In this document: one piece after another, positions 18,953-27,471 of the stretch | Position numbering within the stretch: the first letter of the stretch is position 1 | How the letters are laid out: every line of letters starts with the position of its first letter | Origin: Peptococcaceae bacterium UBA3933 | GTDB taxonomy: Bacteria; Bacillota; Peptococcia; Peptococcales; BICA1-8 | Assembly (NCBI GenBank): GCA_002385805.1 | Contig: DGEF01000066.1 | Coordinates: 1 to 52,870 of the forward strand | DNA length: 52,870 nucleotides | Reading direction: 5' to 3' | The notes under the pieces: model-generated | The model's input: only the letters and a program-made list of their open reading frames with translations | Told to the model about the DNA's origin: nothing | The model's database searches: none | Position numbers and translations under genes: made by a program

Positions 18953-20518
18953 ATGGTTAAACAAAAACAGGGTGGAATAGCGCATGCAGCAGGCTTAATA
19001 ATGATTGCCATGATTTTATCAAGAATTTTCGGTTATGTTAGGGATGTGGTTATTTACACCCATTTTGGACAGGATTTTCGAACAGATGCCTATAATGCTG
19101 CTTTTTCTATCCCTGATTTTTTATATTACTTATTAGTAGGTGGTGCCTTAAGTTCCGCCTTTATCCCTGTTTTCTCCAGCTATGTGGCTACTGGCAAAGA
19201 GGAAGAAGGTTGGCAGGTAGCCAGCACTATTATTAATTTAGTGATTATTTTAATGTTCATCGGCATTGGGCTGGGATTGATTTATACTCCTTTCCTAATT
19301 AAATTATTAGTTCCCGGTTTTACGGAAGAAGGTTTTTGGCTTACCGTTTTATTAACCAGGGTAATGTTCGCCCAGAGCTTTTTCATGGCTTTAAACGGTA
19401 TTTCTCAGGGGATTTTGCATTCTTATAAACATTTTTTTGCACCAGCTTTAGGTTCTGTCTTATATAACTTAGGAATAATAGTAATCGGTATTATTTTAGT
19501 AGATAAACTGGGTATCCTTGGATTTTCCTTAGGTGTGGTTATGGGGGCAATGTTAAATTTTATCGTCCAGATACCTGCTCTTCTAAAAATCGGTTTAAGG
19601 TATAAGCCCATCATAAATTTAAGACACCCGGGAGTAAAAAAAATATTGGTCTTGATCTTACCGGTTCTTATTGGTTTATCTGTAACTCATTTTAATTTGT
19701 TTGTTAACCAATACCTGGGCTCTTCGCTACCCCAAGGAATGATTTCTGCTTTACGAGCAGCTCAGAGAATTATGCAGTTACCAATAGGTGTTTTTGCTAT
19801 TGCTGTAGCTTTGGCTGTTTTTCCTACCTTAACTGGACAAGCTGCCCGTAAGGAAATGAAAGAATTTAAAAGCACAATTTCCATGGGAGTAAGGACTGTT
19901 GTTTTTATTACTTTACCGGCAGCAGTAGGACTTATAGCATTAAGGGAACCTATAGTAAGAGCCATGTTCCAGCAGGGTCAATTTACGGTGGCTAACACAG
20001 AGGCTACGGCCAGTGCTTTGCTATTTTATTCTTTGGGTTTAATCGGTTATTCCGCTCAACAAGTTTTAAACAGAGCATTTTATGCCCTTCAGGATACGAA
20101 AACACCTGTAACTATCGGTATTATTACTATTGTTCTTAACATTATTCTTAATTTTATGTTAATAGAACCTTTAGGACATAGGGGACTGGCTTTGGCCTAT
20201 TCTCTGGCCGGATTGGCCAATATGGTCTTATTACTATACTATTTGCGAAACAAAATCGGGAATATTGATGGAAAAAATATGCTATACTCTTTTACTAAAA
20301 CCTTGTTGGCTTCCTTATTGATGGGGGTAGTTGTTTTTTACACTGCCCAGCTGATTGAATTTAATTTCGATATTCAGAATAAACTAGTTCAAATTGGTGA
20401 AGTCTTGCTGGCTATTGCAGTGGGTGGTTTAACTTATTCCATCCTGGTAACAGCTTTGAAAATGCAGGAGGCTTCCATGGCCTGGGGAATATTGATGCGG
20501 CGTTTGAGGAGAAAGTAA
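18953..20518 (+). CDS. murJ: lipid II flippase MurJ/MviN
   Basis: About 521-aa polytopic ORF with MurJ-type N-terminus 'LSRIFGYVRDVVIYTHFG..TDAYNAAFSIPDFLY'. ATG 18953 behind AAGGTG. Confidence 0.85.
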   Translation: MVKQKQGGIAHAAGLIMIAMILSRIFGYVRDVVIYTHFGQDFRTDAYNAAFSIPDFLYYLLVGGALSSAFIPVFSSYVATGKEEEGWQVASTIINLVIILMFIGIGLGLIYTPFLIKLLVPGFTEEGFWLTVLLTRVMFAQSFFMALNGISQGILHSYKHFFAPALGSVLYNLGIIVIGIILVDKLGILGFSLGVVMGAMLNFIVQIPALLKIGLRYKPIINLRHPGVKKILVLILPVLIGLSVTHFNLFVNQYLGSSLPQGMISALRAAQRIMQLPIGVFAIAVALAVFPTLTGQAARKEMKEFKSTISMGVRTVVFITLPAAVGLIALREPIVRAMFQQGQFTVANTEATASALLFYSLGLIGYSAQQVLNRAFYALQDTKTPVTIGIITIVLNIILNFMLIEPLGHRGLALAYSLAGLANMVLLLYYLRNKIGNIDGKNMLYSFTKTLLASLLMGVVVFYTAQLIEFNFDIQNKLVQIGEVLLAIAVGGLTYSILVTALKMQEASMAWGILMRRLRRK

Positions 20519-20540
20519 TTTCTTTTTGGTTAGCTTTTTG

Positions 20541-20639
20541 GTCAGAAGAATCTTTGGTGTTAATGTATTGTGTCAGAAATGGTTGTGGAGATATATTACT
20601 GGACAGATTTTGACTTTTAAGTTAAAATTTTTTGTCAGA
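20541..20639 (+). repeat. phased GTYAGA boxes, forward set (4 boxes, 30-32 nt apart)
   Basis: GTCAGA 20541, GTCAGA 20572, GACAGA 20602, GTCAGA 20634. Confidence 0.8.
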
Positions 20640-20682
20640 TAATGATTAATTAAACGAAGATTTTGTACTAAAGAATTTAAAT

Positions 20683-20811
20683 TCTGACACAAAATATTAC
20701 TTTTAAGATTGGTCTAACAATCAATTTTGTCTCTGAAGATCAATCTAACCAAAGATATTCACCCACGATAGAAATCTGACAGGCAATTTTATCCGTGAAG
20801 ACCAATCTGAC
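20683..20811 (-). repeat. phased GTYAGA boxes, inverted set (5 boxes, 30-31 nt apart)
   Basis: TCTRAC on the + strand at 20683, 20713, 20744, 20775 and 20806. Confidence 0.8.
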
Positions 20812-20851
20812 CATAAATCTTTACCCGAAAGACAACAAAGGAGGAGTATGG

Positions 20852-22651
20852 TTGAAGCAGGAAAGGATTAGAAATTTTTGCATTATTGCTCATATAGATC
20901 ACGGTAAATCTACTTTAGCTGACCGGATAATTGAATATACCGGGACTTTAACAAAAAGGGAAATGGTAGATCAGGTCCTGGACACTATGGATTTGGAGCG
21001 GGAAAGAGGAATTACAATTAAGCTTCAATCTGTAAGACTTTCATACAAAGCCCAGGATGGCCAAGAGTATATCTTAAATTTAATAGATACTCCCGGACAT
21101 GTAGATTTTAGTTATGAAGTTTCCCGTAGTCTTGCCGCTTGCGAAGGTGCTGTTTTGGTGGTTGATGCGGCTCAAGGGATTGAAGCACAGACATTAGCCA
21201 ATGTTTATTTAGCTTTGGAACACGACTTGGAGATTATCCCTGTGATTAATAAAATAGATTTACCTAATGCAGATCCGGAAAGGGTAAAAAAAGAAATCGA
21301 AGATTTGATTGGCTTAGATGCAAGTGAAGCCATTCTCTGTTCGGCGAAAGAAGGGATAGGTATTCCGGAGATCCTCGAGGCTGTTGTAACTAAAATTCCG
21401 TCTCCCCAGGGTGATGAAAACAAACCTTTACAGGCTTTAATTTTTGATTCTCATTATGACCCTTACCGGGGGGCAATCTCTCATCTGCGGGTTGTAGAGG
21501 GTACTTTGCGGAAAGGCATGAATATTCAAATGATGTCTACGGGTAAAGTTTTTGAAGTGACCGAAGTGGGAGTTTTCACACCTGCTATGACCCAAGTAGA
21601 GCAATTAAAACCGGGAGAAGTTGGATTTTTAGCCGCCAGTATAAAAAATGTAAAGGATACCCGGGTGGGTGACACAATTACCAGTGCTGAAAATCCGGCC
21701 TCTAAACCTTTACCGGGATATAAAAAGGTTACTCCCATGGTTTTTTGCGGCCTTTATCCAATAGAAACTAATGATTATCCCGACCTAAGGGACGCTCTGG
21801 AAAAACTAAAATTAAATGATGCTTCCTTGCTTTTCGAACCGGAGACTTCTACCGCTTTAGGTTTTGGTTTTCGTTGCGGTTTTTTAGGGTTATTGCATAT
21901 GGAAATTATCCAGGAAAGATTAGAAAGAGAATATGGATTAGGTCTGATTACAACTGCACCAAGTGTAATTTATCGGGTTGTTAAGACTAACGGAGAAGTA
22001 GTAATGGTAGATAACCCGGCTAATTTACCTGCACCTCAAAATATCGAAAAATTAGAAGAACCTTATGTGGAAGCCACCATGATGGTCCCCACGGACTTTG
22101 TGGGTCCGGTAATGGAATTGGCCCAAGAAAGACGTGGTACATTTATTAATATGGAGTATTTAGCTCAAACAAGAGTTATGTTAAAGTATGAACTTCCCTT
22201 AAGTGAAATAGTATATGACTTCTTTGACCAATTAAAGACCCGGACAAGAGGATATGCTTCTTTAGATTATGAGTTAAAAGGGTACAAGGAATCTAACTTA
22301 GTGAAATTGGATATTTTAGTTAATAATGAAGTTGTGGATGCCCTTTCCTGTATTGTGCATAGAGATAAAGCTTATACTCGGGGAAGAGCTTTAGTAACTA
22401 AATTAAGGAGTCTAATTCCTCGGCAAATGTTCGAAGTACCCATTCAAGCAGCAATAGGCAATAAAGTCATTGCCAGGGAAACAGTCAAGGCTCTACGAAA
22501 AAGCGTTCTGGATAAATGTTATGGCGGAGATGTTACCAGAAAGAAGAAGTTATTGGAAAAACAAAAAGAGGGTAAAAAACGAATGAAACAGGTAGGCAGT
22601 GTAGAGATTCCTCAAGAGGCGTTTATGGCTGTACTAAGTTTAGATGAATAG
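20852..22651 (+). CDS. lepA: elongation factor 4 (LepA)
   Basis: '[20 protein letters not shown]', 'DTPGHVDF', 'NKIDL'. TTG 20852 lies 7 nt after AAAGGAGG. The track ORF start 20795 runs into the repeat region. Confidence 0.93.
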   Translation: MKQERIRNFCIIAHIDHGKSTLADRIIEYTGTLTKREMVDQVLDTMDLERERGITIKLQSVRLSYKAQDGQEYILNLIDTPGHVDFSYEVSRSLAACEGAVLVVDAAQGIEAQTLANVYLALEHDLEIIPVINKIDLPNADPERVKKEIEDLIGLDASEAILCSAKEGIGIPEILEAVVTKIPSPQGDENKPLQALIFDSHYDPYRGAISHLRVVEGTLRKGMNIQMMSTGKVFEVTEVGVFTPAMTQVEQLKPGEVGFLAASIKNVKDTRVGDTITSAENPASKPLPGYKKVTPMVFCGLYPIETNDYPDLRDALEKLKLNDASLLFEPETSTALGFGFRCGFLGLLHMEIIQERLEREYGLGLITTAPSVIYRVVKTNGEVVMVDNPANLPAPQNIEKLEEPYVEATMMVPTDFVGPVMELAQERRGTFINMEYLAQTRVMLKYELPLSEIVYDFFDQLKTRTRGYASLDYELKGYKESNLVKLDILVNNEVVDALSCIVHRDKAYTRGRALVTKLRSLIPRQMFEVPIQAAIGNKVIARETVKALRKSVLDKCYGGDVTRKKKLLEKQKEGKKRMKQVGSVEIPQEAFMAVLSLDE

Positions 22652-22664
22652 CTTACGGGACACT

Positions 22665-22724
22665 AACCTTAACCTTACGACCGAAGGTCGTAATCCCAGC
22701 CACCAGCCACTAATAACTAGCCAC
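22665..22724 (+). repeat. modular intergenic repeat, copy B: AACCTT x2 + 17-nt hairpin + 4 in-phase heptads
   Basis: AACCTT AACCTT (22665-22676). TACGACCGAAGGTCGTA (22676-22692, 7-bp stem). CAGCCAC CAGCCAC TAATAAC TAGCCAC (22697-22724). Confidence 0.8.
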
Positions 22725-22744
22725 TATAATAGGGGTTTAACCAT

Positions 22745-23893
22745 ATGAATAATAAAATAGAAGCTTTATACATTCACATTCCTTTTTGTGTAGCAAAGTG
22801 CAACTATTGTGATTTTTTAAGTTTCCCGGGTTGTTCGGAAGAACTTAAGGAGCGGTATATAAGTTGCCTTAAAACAGAAGCTGTTTTACGTAAAAAACAA
22901 TTTCAATTAGAAAAAGTAAAATTAAATACCGTTTTTTTGGGAGGCGGGACGCCCACTTGTCTTTCAGGTGGGCTTCTTAATGATATACTTCTTTTTATAA
23001 AAGATACCTTTCAACTACAGGATAAGGTAGAAATAAGTATAGAAGCCAATCCGGGGACTATTGACGAAGGAAAATTGGCCGTGTTAAAAAAAGCGGGAGT
23101 AAATAGACTTTCCTTGGGAGTACAGTCCTTTGCAGAAGAATTATTAAGAAACTTAGGTAGGATTCATTCGATAAATGAGATACAGGAAAGCTTTTCATTT
23201 GCCAGAAAAGTTGGTTTTACCAATATTAACTTAGATCTAATGTATGGTTTACCGGGCCAAACAATAAAGCACTGGGAACATACTTTAATTAAAACCATTG
23301 AGTTAGAACCGGAACATATTTCAACTTATCAGCTTAAAATAGAGGAGGGTACTCCTTTAGGTAATAAGTTAACCAGGGGAGAAATTCAGGAGTTTGATGA
23401 TGAAATAGCTTTAGAAATGTATCAACTTGCCCAAGATTATTTAACGGAGGCAGGATATATTCAATACGAAGTTTCCAACTTTACTAAACCTGGGTTTAGG
23501 TGCAGACATAATTGTACTTATTGGTTGACTAAACCATACCTGGGTTTGGGTGCTGGGGCTCACTCTTTTTATCCTCCTTTGCGCTTTTTTAATAAAGGAA
23601 ATTTATCTGCATATTTGGATTCATTGGAAAAAGGAGAGCTTCCACCTGTAGAAAAGGAAATTCTTTCTTTAGAAGAACTCATGTCAGAAACCATGTTTAT
23701 GGGCTTACGATTGTTAGAAGGTGTAAATTTAACAGAGTTTCAAAACCGCTATAAGGTGAAAGCTACTTCTATTTTTAATGATGCAATTGAAAAATGTATC
23801 CGTCTGGGTTTAATAGAATTTTCTGGAGAAAATTTGCGTCTTACCCGGGAAGGTTTATATTTGGGGAATTTAGTTTTTCAAGAATTTATATAA
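22745..23893 (+). CDS. hemW: radical SAM heme chaperone HemW (HemN-like)
   Basis: Radical SAM 'CVAKCNYCDF'. HemN/HemW family length (382 aa). Conserved position lepA-hemN-hrcA. Confidence 0.88.
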   Translation: MNNKIEALYIHIPFCVAKCNYCDFLSFPGCSEELKERYISCLKTEAVLRKKQFQLEKVKLNTVFLGGGTPTCLSGGLLNDILLFIKDTFQLQDKVEISIEANPGTIDEGKLAVLKKAGVNRLSLGVQSFAEELLRNLGRIHSINEIQESFSFARKVGFTNINLDLMYGLPGQTIKHWEHTLIKTIELEPEHISTYQLKIEEGTPLGNKLTRGEIQEFDDEIALEMYQLAQDYLTEAGYIQYEVSNFTKPGFRCRHNCTYWLTKPYLGLGAGAHSFYPPLRFFNKGNLSAYLDSLEKGELPPVEKEILSLEELMSETMFMGLRLLEGVNLTEFQNRYKVKATSIFNDAIEKCIRLGLIEFSGENLRLTREGLYLGNLVFQEFI

Positions 23894-23896
23894 TCA

Positions 23897-23926
23897 TTGA
23901 CAAATACCTGTTAAAAGTGATATTTT
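23897..23926 (+). promoter_or_regulatory. candidate sigma-A promoter of the hrcA-dnaK operon
   Basis: TTGACA (23897-23902), 18-nt spacer, extended -10 TGaTATTTT (23918-23926). Confidence 0.55.
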
Positions 23927-23937
23927 TTAAGTAGAAT

Positions 23938-23964
23938 TTAGCACTCAATTGGGGAGAGTGCTAA
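23938..23964 (+). promoter_or_regulatory. CIRCE operator (HrcA binding site)
   Basis: Perfect TTAGCACTC-N9-GAGTGCTAA inverted repeat just downstream of the promoter and 19 nt upstream of hrcA. Confidence 0.93.
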
Positions 23965-23982
23965 CAACAGGAGTGATCCACT

Positions 23983-25008
23983 ATGAAATTAGATGCGCGA
24001 AAACAAAAGGTTCTGGAGGCTATCGTAATAGATTATATTGCGACTGCTGAACCTGTAGGTTCTCGTACCATTGCTCGTAAATATAACTTAGGGGTTAGTC
24101 CTGCTACTATTCGAAATGAAATGGCTGATTTAGAAGAAATGGGTTTAATAGAGCAACCACATACTTCAGCGGGCCGCATACCTTCGGATACAGGTTACCG
24201 GTATTATGTTGACTGTCTCATGAAACGTGCAATTATCGCCGAGGAAGTACAGGCTTTAATAGAACGGGCTTTTCAAACAAAAATAAAACAATTAGAAGAC
24301 CTTATCCAAATAGTAGGTAAAGTTTTGTCCCAAATAACCAATTACACGGCCTTAGTTCTGGCTCCGCAAATCGGGAAAAGTACCCTGCAACTTATTCAGT
24401 TAATGTTAATCGAACCTGGGAAAGCATTGGTAGTTATTGTTACCGACAGTGGTCGCATTGAAAATAAAGTTTTAGAGATTCCGGAAAATTTGACTAAGGA
24501 AGATTTAGAGCTTGTTTCTAAGATATTAAATGATAAATTCAAAGGTATTTCTTTAAATGAATGGAAACAAATTATGTTAAGGGATTTGTATTCCCAATTA
24601 ATTACTCAGAAAAAAGTTTTAACTCTGATTCTTGAGCTTATAGACACAATTCTAACCGTGGATAATGAAGACAAAGTATATCTGGGCGGAACTTTAAATA
24701 TTTTAAATCAGCCGGAATTTAAGGACGTGACTAAAGTTAGAAACCTTTTTGAACTACTAGAAAAGGAAGACGTTTTACGTGAGTTATTAAAAGATAATTC
24801 AGGAGATGAGGTTACCGTTAGGATAGGTACTGAAAATAAATATGAGGTAATGCAAGATTGTAGCATTATTACAGCCACATACCGGTTAAATGGTGAAGTG
24901 ATAGGAACTATAGGTGTTTTAGGGCCTACCCGGATGCATTATTCTAAAGCAGTATCTATTGTTGAATATTTAACTCAGGTCCTTTCTTTATCTATCAAGA
25001 AACTATAA
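23983..25008 (+). CDS. hrcA: heat-inducible transcription repressor HrcA
   Basis: N-terminal winged helix 'EPVGSRTIARKYNLGVSPATIRNEMADLEEMGL'. 341 aa. Heads the dnaK operon. Confidence 0.92.
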   Translation: MKLDARKQKVLEAIVIDYIATAEPVGSRTIARKYNLGVSPATIRNEMADLEEMGLIEQPHTSAGRIPSDTGYRYYVDCLMKRAIIAEEVQALIERAFQTKIKQLEDLIQIVGKVLSQITNYTALVLAPQIGKSTLQLIQLMLIEPGKALVVIVTDSGRIENKVLEIPENLTKEDLELVSKILNDKFKGISLNEWKQIMLRDLYSQLITQKKVLTLILELIDTILTVDNEDKVYLGGTLNILNQPEFKDVTKVRNLFELLEKEDVLRELLKDNSGDEVTVRIGTENKYEVMQDCSIITATYRLNGEVIGTIGVLGPTRMHYSKAVSIVEYLTQVLSLSIKKL

Positions 25009-25042
25009 CTTAGTGACTGAAACTTTAATGTTAATAAATTAC

Positions 25043-25143
25043 GTCAGATATTTCTCTAAAAGATAGTTTTTTTGGTTAGAAATATCTTTGGGGTTAACTT
25101 TTTTGTCAGAATACCTTTTTGGTAAAATTTTCGGTTGGTTAGA
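25043..25143 (+). repeat. phased GTYAGA boxes (4 boxes, 30-33 nt apart) in the hrcA-chaperonin spacer
   Basis: GTCAGA 25043, GTTAGA 25075, GTCAGA 25105, GTTAGA 25138. Positions 25069-25098 are 25/30 identical to 20535-20564. Confidence 0.8.
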
Positions 25144-25163
25144 TATCTATTAAGCTAAATCTT

Positions 25164-25193
25164 AACCTCAACCTCAACCTTAGCCTTAACCTT
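25164..25193 (+). repeat. AACCTY hexad array (5 in-phase units) directly 5' of the chaperonin SD
   Basis: AACCTC AACCTC AACCTT AGCCTT AACCTT. The AGGGGG SD follows at 25203-25208. Confidence 0.8.
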
Positions 25194-25217
25194 ATAATAA
25201 TTAGGGGGTTAGATAAT

Positions 25218-26777
25218 TTGGTGCAAACAAATTCCAATGCAGATAGTGAGGGCAGGTTTACTGCCCTGGAAACAAATGTTAATGCTATTCGTGCTGTTGC
25301 CGGTGCCATTCAAGGGACTATAGGGCCTAAGGGTTTGGACACCATGTTAGTGGATCAGTTTGGTGATGTGATTATCACTAATGATGGTGTTACTATATTG
25401 AATCTAATGGAAGCCAACCACCCTGCGGCCAAGATGTTAATCAATATAGCCAAATCGCAACAGGAACAAATCGGCGATGGTACCACAACAGCCACTTTAA
25501 TGGCCGGAGAAATGGTTACCGAAGGGCTAAATCAGATTAATCGGGGAGTTCCCGTTGCGCGAGTAATTGAAGGTTTAAGAAAAGGAATAAAGTTTGCTTT
25601 AACATCTATTGAAGAAAAAAGTCAAGTGATTAAAGGGATTGAAGACCCTAGATTATTTCAAATTGCTTATATAGCCGGCCGTGAATACGAGGATATCGCT
25701 AAGTTAGTAGTGGAGGCCGCACAGATTATAGGTGAGGAAAAACTTAAAGAGCCCTCTTTTAAACTCGTTGATACAATTAAAGCTCTGGAAGGAGCTAAAA
25801 ATGAGGTATTTTTAGGAGTCCTTATTAATAAACAAAGAATGAATAAACAAATGCCCAGGTCTTTAGAAGAACAGGTCCGGATATTAATTATTGATGATGC
25901 TTTAGAGCCGGAAGAAATTGATGATGAAGCTTTAACTACTGAGGCAGGTTTTGCCAGGTACCTGGAGCTGAGAAAGGAATTTGAAGATAACCTTGCAAAA
26001 ATTATTGAACTAGGCATTAATTTAGTTTTGGTAGATCGGGGAGTAGATGATTTAGCCGAGGAAATTTTAGGTGATGCAGGAATAATGGTTGTTCAGAGGG
26101 TTGCCCGAAAAGATTTACATAATGTCAGTGAACATACGGGAGCCCGCATGATCAAAAGAACTACCTTAAAGAAAAACATAGATGAATTAGAAAAATATGT
26201 GGGCTTTGCGAAACATGTTTATGAAGATGAAAAATTAGAGCATATTAGGATTTTAGGAGGTAGAGCTAAACCAATTGCTACCATTCTGGTTAGTGCCTCT
26301 ACGGAAGAGGTAGTAGGGGAACGGGAAAGAATTGCCAAGGATGCAGCATCTGCAGTTCAGGCCTGTATAAAAGGTGGCTTTGTTCCGGGAGGAGGTTCTG
26401 TGGAATTAGCCATAGCCCGGGAAGTGGAAGAGTTAAAAAAAGACCTGCGGGGAATGGCTGCTTTTGGTATTGATTGTGTTATTAGCGCCCTACGCCGTCC
26501 TTTTTTGCAAATTGTGGCCAATGCTGGTTTTAATCCTCTTGAAAAATTAGGGGATGTTACTCAGGCGCAAGTTGAAAGAAACAACTTTGCCTTAGGCATA
26601 AATTGTGATACCGGCGATATAGCAGATATGTTTGAATTAGGTGTGGTTGATCCAACCTTAGTGAAAATTTATGCTTTAAGGACAGCCGGTGAAGTAGCCG
26701 AGGCAATTTTACGCATAGATACTATTATAAGAAAGAAGGATGCAAAACATTCATCTGAAAGTAACGGAGAAATTTAA
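25218..26777 (+). CDS. thermosome-like chaperonin (Cpn60/TCP-1 family, group II-like; 'group III' bacterial type)
   Basis: 519 aa. '[27 protein letters not shown]', '[12 protein letters not shown]', '[13 protein letters not shown]', 'GGGSVE', 'GVVDPTLVK' match thermosome/CCT signatures rather than GroEL. TTG start 9 nt after AGGGGG. Confidence 0.88.
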   Translation: MVQTNSNADSEGRFTALETNVNAIRAVAGAIQGTIGPKGLDTMLVDQFGDVIITNDGVTILNLMEANHPAAKMLINIAKSQQEQIGDGTTTATLMAGEMVTEGLNQINRGVPVARVIEGLRKGIKFALTSIEEKSQVIKGIEDPRLFQIAYIAGREYEDIAKLVVEAAQIIGEEKLKEPSFKLVDTIKALEGAKNEVFLGVLINKQRMNKQMPRSLEEQVRILIIDDALEPEEIDDEALTTEAGFARYLELRKEFEDNLAKIIELGINLVLVDRGVDDLAEEILGDAGIMVVQRVARKDLHNVSEHTGARMIKRTTLKKNIDELEKYVGFAKHVYEDEKLEHIRILGGRAKPIATILVSASTEEVVGERERIAKDAASAVQACIKGGFVPGGGSVELAIAREVEELKKDLRGMAAFGIDCVISALRRPFLQIVANAGFNPLEKLGDVTQAQVERNNFALGINCDTGDIADMFELGVVDPTLVKIYALRTAGEVAEAILRIDTIIRKKDAKHSSESNGEI

Positions 26778-26809
26778 AAAATATAAAGAAAGCTAGGTGT
26801 TTGAGGAAA

Positions 26810-27433
26810 ATGGTTGAGAAAAAATACGAAGAAAACTTAGAAGAGAGTTTCGAGGAGAATTTGGAAGGGAATCAAGATGAGACACCTGAAGAAAAGGAAA
26901 CAAATGAGGCTACGGAGGAAAAAAAGGATATAGATTCTGAGATTAACAAAGGGGAGGAAGACGCTGAAGACCCCAAAGATAACGAAATTGCAAAACTAAA
27001 ACAGGAAAAGGATGAATTAAATCAAAGATACTTAAGAATCGCTGCCGACTTTGATAATTTCCGCAAGAGAACCAGAGCAGAAAAAGAAGAGCTGGTTAAA
27101 TATGCTAATGTTAATCTGGTAAGCGAACTTTTACCGGTTTTAGATAATTTCGAAAGAGCTTTAGATGTAAAGGAACCCAGCGAAGAAGTGCAAAAGTATT
27201 TAATGGGTATGGAAATGATCTTCAAACAATTAATGAAGATATTAAATGATGCCGGCCTCGAGTACATAGAAGCCTTAGGCAAAACCTTTGATCCTGAAAA
27301 GCACGAAGCTGTTATGCGGGTTACAGATACAGAAGTAGAAACTGATACTGTTGTGGAAGAATTAAGAAAGGGTTATGCCTTTAAAGATAAAGTGATTAGA
27401 CCTAGTATGGTTAAAGTAGCGACTAAAAATTAA
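26810..27433 (+). CDS. grpE: nucleotide exchange factor GrpE
   Basis: Acidic N-terminus, then 'RIAADFDNFRKRT' and 'GYAFKDKVIRPSMVKV'. Start ambiguous (ATG 26810 preferred over TTG 26801). Confidence 0.9.
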   Translation: MVEKKYEENLEESFEENLEGNQDETPEEKETNEATEEKKDIDSEINKGEEDAEDPKDNEIAKLKQEKDELNQRYLRIAADFDNFRKRTRAEKEELVKYANVNLVSELLPVLDNFERALDVKEPSEEVQKYLMGMEMIFKQLMKILNDAGLEYIEALGKTFDPEKHEAVMRVTDTEVETDTVVEELRKGYAFKDKVIRPSMVKVATKN

Positions 27434-27471
27434 TGATTAATAATTAATCCATTTTAGGAGGTAAGTTAGTT

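Noticed and set aside
20583-20800. DnaA-box-like words (TGTGGAGAT, TTATCCGTG) suggesting an origin
   Set aside because: Each matches the TTATCCACA consensus at only about 7/9. There are just two of them, there is no dnaA/dnaN context and no AT-rich unwinding element pattern.
20541-20811. CRISPR array as an explanation for the regularly spaced repeats
   Set aside because: The whole period is only about 31 nt and the conserved core is 6-8 nt. The repeats occur in both orientations, there are no cas genes, and no repeats of 24 nt or longer are perfectly conserved.
20541-20811. Known Firmicute operators matching GTYAGA: the CtsR heptad GGTCAAA-N3-GGTCAAA, the CodY box AATTTTCWGAAAATT, the Spo0A box TGTCGAA
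   Set aside because: Only partial core resemblance is seen (for example TCAGAA with the CodY centre at about 9/15, or GGTCAGA versus GGTCAAA). None of these sites has a 31-bp phased architecture.
20519-20851. One long RNA hairpin formed by the forward and inverted box arrays
   Set aside because: The arms share motifs but are not complementary in register beyond the 6-10-nt boxes (for example TGTGTCAGAA with TTCTGACACA). A stable extended helix is therefore not supported.
25009-25217. A second CIRCE element dedicated to the chaperonin gene
   Set aside because: No TTAGCACTC/GAGTGCTAA half-site is present in this spacer. The only CIRCE is at 23938-23964.
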